A DNA stretch of 32,000 nt, from assembly GCA_021498095.1 (NCBI GenBank), contig JAIZWK010000001.1:2880001-2912000 (forward strand), written 5' to 3'. How positions within the stretch are numbered: position 1 is the first letter of the stretch; every line of letters starts with the position of its first letter. The notes under the pieces were generated by a model. The model searched no databases, was not told where the DNA came from, and saw nothing but the letters and a program-made list of their open reading frames with translations. Positions 25,633-32,000 of this stretch are shown one piece after another. The stretch is from Candidatus Harpocratesius repetitus (GTDB taxonomy: Archaea > Asgardarchaeota > Lokiarchaeia > Sigyniarchaeales > Promethearchaeaceae). Made by a program: the position numbers and the translations under genes.

Positions 25633-25983
25633 ATGTATGAAGATATGTCATTGGAAGAACTAACACGAGCTTATTTTAGTCGTAAATATAAATATGAAGA
25701 ACCAGAGGAACCAATTCGCGGGCGCTCAGGTCAAAAATGGAAATTCAATGCGATAATTCAATATAATGGTGATCGATACGGTGTTTTCATTCGTGACTGG
25801 AATCGTTCAATTGGGGTCAATCAAATCAGACAATTAGAAAAAGCTTGTCGGGATACAAAATGTGCAGGTGGTATTATAATTGGAGATATTTTTTCATCTC
25901 AAGCGGAAATTTTTGGTGAAACTCTAGGTATTCAAGTTGTAAATCGTACCAAATTATTGTCAAAATTCCGAAATAGTTTTTAA
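25633..25983 (+). CDS. Stand-alone Mrr-like restriction endonuclease fold protein, catalytic motif degenerate
   Basis: GRSGQKWKFNAII, VFIRDWNRSIGVNQIRQL, GIIIGDIFSSQA and GIQVVN follow the Mrr C-terminal pattern (IDxI, ECK, VG...V, FT..A, I.L.D). The start could be 25621. Confidence 0.6.
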   Translation: MYEDMSLEELTRAYFSRKYKYEEPEEPIRGRSGQKWKFNAIIQYNGDRYGVFIRDWNRSIGVNQIRQLEKACRDTKCAGGIIIGDIFSSQAEIFGETLGIQVVNRTKLLSKFRNSF

Positions 25984-26175
25984 CAAAATTTTTTCTTTCT
26001 TTACTCGCTTTTGCTTAGCTACTTTCATCTCATTTGGCTGGATTAATGAAATTATCGCTTTTTACTAAATTAGAATGTTTTTTCGTCTCAATTATTATTT
26101 TATTATTTATCTTTCTTCCTTTTATAAAATCGAAAGGCTCAAATGGATTGCATCATAAATTTTCTTGGAAACGTA

Positions 26176-27147
26176 ATGAGTAAGATTTTACGCCCGGGTT
26201 CTCTTTTGCGTGTAAAACGTAAATATCAAATTTTAGAATTTCTGGAATCTGGGGGCTTTTCTGACATTTACATTGGAAAGAATACAGATAATAATCGTAA
26301 GGTCATTATTAAAATTTTGAAAAACGATAAATTTGATGATAAAATTCAAGCCGAAAATTATTGGCGAAGAGAACGCGCTTTTATTAATATTCAATCAAAA
26401 TTTGCACCTTATGCACTTCAATTATATGATGCTTTTATCGATCGATTTAATCAGAATAATCCAAAGTTTATTTTCATTACTTCATATATTAATGGATATG
26501 ATTTCGAAACTTGGTTTCATCAATTTCGTGAACAAGGACGGCATGATTTTCATGAATATTTGATAAGAAACATATTCATTCCGCTAGCAGATTATTTTGT
26601 TTTCACACATAGTCATGGTTTAATTCATCGAGATTTTTCTCCCAGTAATATTATGATAACAAAATACAAAAAACGAACAACTCCTGTAGTTATTGATTGG
26701 GGTGCTGGTTTAAATTTTGACCCTGCCACAATTGATAATATCCCACAAGATTTAAATGATTTGCCCGACAGTGGTGATGATCAAATTTATACGCCAGGCT
26801 ATGCCCCTCCTGAAATTGATTTAGGAAAAATACAAGTACCTCAATCAGATATTTATTCATTTGGAATGATCTTACACTATGCCGCCAGTGGTGGTGAAGA
26901 ACCGAAGGAATTATCTGGAAATGCATTGAAAAGGTTTAAAATCCAATGGGAAGATTATGATTATCCTGAAATGCTAAAGAAAGTTGTAGAAAAATGTATA
27001 AAATACGAACCCAGAGATCGATATAGAACATTTGAGAAGGTAAGAGAAGATTTAAAAAAATATTTATCTGCAATTAATGGTAACAATAAAAAAAAGAAAC
27101 GAACATCATTGAAAAAAGAACAATCTTCAGCAAAAAGCGAAAAATAA
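26176..27147 (+). CDS. Hanks-type Ser/Thr protein kinase, soluble
   Basis: ESGGFSDIY, VIIKIL, alphaC Glu (RRERAF), IHRDFSPSNIM, IDWG, TPGYAPPE and SDIYSFG. Lys-rich tail. Alternative start at 26143. Confidence 0.92.
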   Translation: MSKILRPGSLLRVKRKYQILEFLESGGFSDIYIGKNTDNNRKVIIKILKNDKFDDKIQAENYWRRERAFINIQSKFAPYALQLYDAFIDRFNQNNPKFIFITSYINGYDFETWFHQFREQGRHDFHEYLIRNIFIPLADYFVFTHSHGLIHRDFSPSNIMITKYKKRTTPVVIDWGAGLNFDPATIDNIPQDLNDLPDSGDDQIYTPGYAPPEIDLGKIQVPQSDIYSFGMILHYAASGGEEPKELSGNALKRFKIQWEDYDYPEMLKKVVEKCIKYEPRDRYRTFEKVREDLKKYLSAINGNNKKKKRTSLKKEQSSAKSEK

Positions 27148-27430
27148 CCAAAGTATTAATGATATACACAAATTTTCAAAAATTTCATTTTTTTTTAGAA
27201 AATTTTGTTGAAATAAGTTCATAATTCTAGGTAAAGCTTTCTCTGTGTAAATCGTAAAGATTAAATCTTCTGGAACTTATTCTATTTCTCGTTCATAGAG
27301 GTTAAGAAAAGTTTAACCTTCAAATGTATTTTTGTTTTCAACTTGAAGATAATAAAAGGACTCAAAACTATTTAAAAACTTTGGAGATATAATGTAGCTA
27401 ACTTATATTTATTTGTAGGTAGATGAAAAA

Positions 27431-28423
27431 ATGTCTTTTGAATCAGAAGAAGTAAAAAAAAAACATAAACGATTTTTACGAAATAAATGGTTGAAGATCC
27501 ATTGGATTACTTTTGTTTTTACCAATTTAATCCTTTTTGTGGTAAACTACACCACTAATTTCAATAATATGTGGTTTATTTACCCACTTTCAGGATGGGG
27601 GATGCTTATTTTAATTCACACAGTCGCTGTGGTTATACTTAACTTTTTATCTAATTCAAAACAGACCTCTTTAGCGATTCATGCTTCAATTACAATGATT
27701 ACCTCCAGTTATTTAATTTGGAATGATTGGTGGGATAATCACCGCTTGAATTGGATTCTTTTTGCAGTGGTTCCCTTAGTGCTAATTTGGATCAATCATT
27801 TTGTTTTATATCAAATGATGAAAAAATCAGATCTTTCAGGTAAATCGCGCTTAGATTTACTCATTCAAAGAGAATATGACAAATTTCGATTGGAAGGACG
27901 GACTATTTCGGTTCCAGTTACAAAAAAAATCGTAATGAATAGATTATTACTGCAAAACCATATTTTTATTTATGCTACAGTTAATTTATTCCTTTTCTTG
28001 GTAAATTACTTTAATAATGTCGATTATTGGTGGTTTCTTTGGCCAACAATTTCATGGGGTATGAACATTCTTTTCCATGCCTTGATTTATGTAAATATTA
28101 AGAAACGATCGTTTGGAGAAAAGGTGACTATCAAATATTTCTTAGTATTTCCGTTAACAATTGCAGTTTATTTAATTTTCATTGATGTTTTTTCAGACAA
28201 TCATTTTAACTGGTTTTGGTGGCCTGTTGGCGGTATTATAGTAATATCCTTAATTGTAGCCAAAATCAGTTCAAATCACCAAATACGAAAAAAAGCATCT
28301 GTAAAACTAATAAAAAAAGAAAAAAGGCAATCTAATAAGCTTGAACGACGCTTTTGCCGTAATTGTGGTGCACCAATAAAACCGAACTTTCAATTCTGCG
28401 AAGTTTGCGGTCAAAGAATTTAA
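27431..28423 (+). CDS. Membrane protein with four 2TM-like hairpins and a C-terminal double-CxxC Zn ribbon
   Basis: Repeats like H...Y/F..VN..L..VN....W(W)F.(W/Y)P..(G/S)WG....H, the 2TM-domain pattern. Ends in CRNCGAPIKPNFQFCEVCGQRI. Confidence 0.75.
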   Translation: MSFESEEVKKKHKRFLRNKWLKIHWITFVFTNLILFVVNYTTNFNNMWFIYPLSGWGMLILIHTVAVVILNFLSNSKQTSLAIHASITMITSSYLIWNDWWDNHRLNWILFAVVPLVLIWINHFVLYQMMKKSDLSGKSRLDLLIQREYDKFRLEGRTISVPVTKKIVMNRLLLQNHIFIYATVNLFLFLVNYFNNVDYWWFLWPTISWGMNILFHALIYVNIKKRSFGEKVTIKYFLVFPLTIAVYLIFIDVFSDNHFNWFWWPVGGIIVISLIVAKISSNHQIRKKASVKLIKKEKRQSNKLERRFCRNCGAPIKPNFQFCEVCGQRI

Positions 28424-28625
28424 TAATTATTCAAGAGATTCAATTCTAAACTCTTTCATTTCGTTTTTTATTCTTTTTATATTCAATTTTTAACTTTTCT
28501 AAACTTATCAACACCATAATCATAATATTCTTTTCAGTAATATCAAAATTCCATATATTTTTGAAATTCTAAGATGTAAACTTTTTAAGGAAAAGTCCTC
28601 AATAGATTACAAAGGGAGTTTGTTA

Positions 28626-30239
28626 ATGATAACTCGGAGAAAATGGGGCGCCTTTTTCAAAAAAAATTTCGAAGAAGCAAGTAATCCGATTGAATTGCAA
28701 GATACAGTAATTGAACAGCATGATCGCTTTAATTTTGAAGTCAAACTAGACTATCCCCTTATTGATACAATCCCTCAGAATCGATACGAATTAGAAATAT
28801 ACTTTTTTATTCCAGCTGCTCTCCAGATTAATCCTACAACATACAGCAGTAAAGAATTTTTCTCCGATATGACAAATTACATTCGTTTTAAAACCCCTCA
28901 AATGGCACTTTCTGGCTTATTAAATCCAAAAAATCCGAAATCACCTTTTACAATCATCCAAGAACGACTTTTTCTAATAAAGAATGGTGATATTTCTCAT
29001 ATTCATTTTGATCGAATAAATTATGAACTTAGAGTATTAGGTTGTATTGTTAAATCAACTTTAAGAGATCAATTAGATTTTTTCAAAACCAATCGAGAAA
29101 AAGTAATAATTAAACCTAATAAATTTGTTTCACAAGAAATTGATCCAATTAATTCTAGCCAAATTGAGTTTTTTCAAGATATTCAAAATCTTCAAAAACG
29201 TCTGGAAGAATTAGAAATACAATTACAAATTGCTCAATTACCACAAGAAATTCAAGAGACATTTATTTTTGTAGATAAATATATTAGTCGTCAAATTTCT
29301 GAGCATTGTGCTGTTGTTTATTCAAGAATAAAGGACGATATCAAATCAAAATTTGATGAAGAAATATTAAAAATGCTTGAACTTATATTAGATTTTGAGT
29401 CTGCAAAAAAATCTCCTTTAAATCCCATCTTTAAGCAGAATCCTAAAAAATCTAATGAAAATATAACTTATTGGGATGGAATTCTTAAAAAATATATTCA
29501 AAATGTGCTTTATTTAGATGTTCAACCTTCTAGGGAAAAATCGAAGACATTGGAACTCCTGTATTCATTAGCTGCGGGTGTAGCTATGTTTATTTCCATA
29601 TTGTTAGGTTTTTTAGTTGTTGAAGATTTTTCAGGTAATACATATATGTATTTCACTCTTTTAATCGTGGTATATATGCTTAAAGATCGATTTAAAGAAT
29701 GGATTAGAAATGTATCAAATCATTTTGTACAGAAAAATTTTCCAGATCGAAAATTTACAATTTTTGATTCAGCACACAACAATAAAATTGGAATTAGTAA
29801 AGAATCAATGAGGTTTCTGTCATTTAATCAAATTCCCCAAGAAATCTTGAATATTCGAGAGCGCGGTACAAAAATTTCAATTGAACATGAAGGAAAACCA
29901 GAAGTTATTTTTAAATATATAAAATCTGTTAATTTAAGAACAGAAAAGATAAAAGAATTTCATGAACGCCACCGTAATGTGAATGATATTATTAGATTTA
30001 ATGTAAAACATTTTCTTCAATATGCAGATGATCCAATAAATACAGAATTAGTGTGGGATCCAGTTCATAAAGAATTTTACGAACTTACTTGTTCAAAAGT
30101 TTATCATTTGAATACAATTTTCAAATTACGCGCTATTACTTCTAAAAAAGTGCCTTCTCAAATATTTTATAAAAAAGTTCGCGTAGTTATCGATCAAAAT
30201 GGAATTCGGCGAGTTACCGAACGTAAAGTGGTCGGATAA
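28626..30239 (+). CDS. Hypothetical protein with a central 2-TM hairpin and large soluble N- and C-terminal domains
   Basis: 537-aa ORF. SD GGGAG lies 7 nt before ATG 28626. Hydrophobic segments LLYSLAAGVAMFISILLGFLVV and YMYFTLLIVVYML. Confidence 0.75.
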   Translation: MITRRKWGAFFKKNFEEASNPIELQDTVIEQHDRFNFEVKLDYPLIDTIPQNRYELEIYFFIPAALQINPTTYSSKEFFSDMTNYIRFKTPQMALSGLLNPKNPKSPFTIIQERLFLIKNGDISHIHFDRINYELRVLGCIVKSTLRDQLDFFKTNREKVIIKPNKFVSQEIDPINSSQIEFFQDIQNLQKRLEELEIQLQIAQLPQEIQETFIFVDKYISRQISEHCAVVYSRIKDDIKSKFDEEILKMLELILDFESAKKSPLNPIFKQNPKKSNENITYWDGILKKYIQNVLYLDVQPSREKSKTLELLYSLAAGVAMFISILLGFLVVEDFSGNTYMYFTLLIVVYMLKDRFKEWIRNVSNHFVQKNFPDRKFTIFDSAHNNKIGISKESMRFLSFNQIPQEILNIRERGTKISIEHEGKPEVIFKYIKSVNLRTEKIKEFHERHRNVNDIIRFNVKHFLQYADDPINTELVWDPVHKEFYELTCSKVYHLNTIFKLRAITSKKVPSQIFYKKVRVVIDQNGIRRVTERKVVG

Positions 30240-30444
30240 ATAATCTTTTTTATGGCGAATCCTTGTTCTTTTCATAGGAAATACTCTAGAAGTTTTTTGT
30301 AGAAATGAAAAATCTGACCCTGCAGAGTATCAGTTTTCGCTAATTATAACATTACATTATGATTATGCGAAGAGATTGTATACAATGACGAAGATCTTGA
30401 GTTTTGATCCGCATTCTTCTAAGTATTTCCTTTTGGTGAGTTAC

Positions 30445-32000
30445 ATGTCTAGACGCATAAAGATGACAGAAGATATCCTTCAAATGATGCAAAATCCCGA
30501 AATAATTAGAAATGTTGGGTTAATAGGTCATATCGATCACGGAAAAACTACTTTAAGTGATAGCCTTTTAGCTGAAGCAGGTTTATTATCAGAAGCCATT
30601 GCTGGAGAAGCACGGGTTCTTGATTATCTAGAAGAAGAACAACGACGTGGAATTACAATGAAATCTGCAAATATTTCTCTATATTATGAGCACTCATTAA
30701 AAGAATCTAAGCCATTTTTAATTAATTTAGTAGATACACCTGGACATCTTGATTTTTCTGGAAAGGTTACTCGCGCTCTTCGATTAGCTGATGGCGTAGT
30801 TGTAATCGTTGATAGTGTCGAAGAAGTAAGCTCCCAAACAGAAACTGTTGTAAGACAAGCCTTAGAAGAAGCAGTTCGGCCGATTCTTTTTATTAATAAA
30901 ATTGATCGTCTTTTTAAAGAATTGAAACTTGATATGTCGGATATTAAGGCAAAATTCGGGCGTATAATACGCGATTTTAATAAACTTATTACTATGTATG
31001 GCAGTGAAAGAGCACAAAAAGAATGGATGGTTTCAGCAGAAAAAGGATCGGTTATTTTTGGTTCTGCACTCCACCGTTGGGGTTTTGTTATACCGCAATT
31101 AGTCCCATATAAACATAATTTAGAATATTTTGAATCAAAATATGAAGATAATTCATATCATGAATTGAATAAAGAATACCCTGTGTGGGAATGTGTTTTA
31201 GCAGCCATCGTGAATTTTTTACCAAATCCTATTGAAGCTCAAGAATATCGAATTCCAACTATATGGAGTGGAGATACTAATTCTGAAATTGGAAAACAAT
31301 TATTAAAATGTGATCCCAAAGGAACAACAATTGTGTTTTTAAGTAAGGTACAAAAATTAAAAAATCGATTGATAGGAACAGGGCGTGTTTTTTCTGGTAC
31401 TCTTCATCGTGGTCAAGCACTTTGGCTTGTAAATGGACAAAGAAAAAGCAATTTGAACCAATTAAGTATATTTATGGGATCTAGAATTGAAAGTGTTACA
31501 GAAATTCCTGCAGGAAATATTGTAGCGATTGGAGGGATTAAACAAATACGAAGTGGTGAGACCTTGTTTGATAGCCAATCAAAAGAAAATGCGGCTCCAT
31601 TTGAATCTGTGCACTATGTAAGTGAACCTGTTGTAACCGTTGCAATTGAACCAGATATGTTAAAGAATCTCGAAAAACTTCAAGAAATATTAGAAGAAAT
31701 TTCAATTGAAGATCCCAATATTTCAGTGGAAATTAGTGAAGATTCAGGTGAAGTTCTTCTTTCAGGTATGGGCCCTTTACATTTGGAAATTGTAGCTAAT
31801 ACCATCAAAGAGCGCGGCGTTGAAGTTTCAGTATCAAAACCATCAAGTGTGTTTCATGAATCTGTTGCAGGTGAAAGTTCTATTATTACTGTTTTCAGCC
31901 CCAATCAAGCAAATAATATATCATTACAGATCCATCGTCTGACAAAAGGGACAAGTCAATATATCCGAAAAGTCAAACGATCTATATTAGAATTTGATTA
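30445..32000 (+). CDS. fusA: Translation elongation factor EF-2 family GTPase, divergent (probable aEF-2 paralog); truncated by the window end
   Basis: Hand translation: MSRRIKMTEDILQMMQNPEIIRNVGLIGHIDHGKTTLSDSLL...QRRGITMKSANIS...DTPGHLDF...FINKIDR...GRVFSG...SEPVVTVAIEP...GMGPLHLE. SD GGTGAG at 30435-30440. No stop before 32000. Confidence 0.92.
   Translation, partial: MSRRIKMTEDILQMMQNPEIIRNVGLIGHIDHGKTTLSDSLLAEAGLLSEAIAGEARVLDYLEEEQRRGITMKSANISLYYEHSLKESKPFLINLVDTPGHLDFSGKVTRALRLADGVVVIVDSVEEVSSQTETVVRQALEEAVRPILFINKIDRLFKELKLDMSDIKAKFGRIIRDFNKLITMYGSERAQKEWMVSAEKGSVIFGSALHRWGFVIPQLVPYKHNLEYFESKYEDNSYHELNKEYPVWECVLAAIVNFLPNPIEAQEYRIPTIWSGDTNSEIGKQLLKCDPKGTTIVFLSKVQKLKNRLIGTGRVFSGTLHRGQALWLVNGQRKSNLNQLSIFMGSRIESVTEIPAGNIVAIGGIKQIRSGETLFDSQSKENAAPFESVHYVSEPVVTVAIEPDMLKNLEKLQEILEEISIEDPNISVEISEDSGEVLLSGMGPLHLEIVANTIKERGVEVSVSKPSSVFHESVAGESSIITVFSPNQANNISLQIHRLTKGTSQYIRKVKRSILEFD

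Noticed and set aside
2257-26926. Short ORFs in the track that overlap longer genes (2257-2451, 3471-3722, 4681-4905, 7522-7713, 8829-9038, 10261-10518, 11167-11349, 16454-16750, 19566-19871, 19579-19836, 20174-20440, 21219-21407, 23839-24102, 26333-26563, 26690-26926)
   Set aside because: Antisense or alternate-frame shadows of well-supported genes, with no recognisable motifs.
24576-30239. Defence island made of YkgJ-like, Mrr-like, kinase and 2TM genes
   Set aside because: Genes are separated by 160-280 nt gaps with T-rich terminator-like tracts, the nuclease looks inactive, and composition matches the host. There is no evidence of one operon.
30375-30386. 12-bp palindrome ATTGTATACAAT upstream of the EF-2 paralog
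   Set aside because: Palindromes of this length are expected many times by chance in 32 kb of AT-rich DNA, and no second copy was noticed.

Overview
AT-rich archaeal chromosomal window (about 25-30% GC by spot counts). Its gene content strongly suggests an Asgard archaeon of Lokiarchaeia type: tandem roadblock/LC7 genes, a Rag/Gtr1-like GTPase, an Arf-like GTPase, a longin-like protein, a large glycosylated surface protein and a divergent EF-2. In order it holds ScpA kleisin, two roadblock genes, a small Cys/His protein, a PARP-like ADP-ribosyltransferase, a 1343-aa surface glycoprotein, a Hel308-like helicase and a coiled-coil/Zn-ribbon protein. Next come two paralogous TM+left-handed beta-helix proteins, a polytopic membrane protein, a D-2-hydroxyacid dehydrogenase, D-serine dehydratase, a HEAT protein, ThpR and the Rag-like GTPase. 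These are followed by an IS701-like element (14-bp TIRs, 5-bp TSD, nonsense-interrupted transposase), pyrF, a TPR protein, a longin-wHTH plus small GTPase operon, a YkgJ-like protein, an Mrr-like protein, a Ser/Thr kinase, a 4x2TM/Zn-ribbon protein and a 2-TM hypothetical protein. The window ends in the 5' part of an EF-2 paralog that the ORF track omits because it runs off the edge. No rRNA, tRNA or CRISPR array was seen. The best novelty candidates are the GTPase + minimal NPRL2-like longin-wHTH operon, the PARP-like ART with an intact H-Y-E triad, and the split Pls-like membrane/beta-helix pair. All family calls come from motif recognition by eye; no database searches were run.
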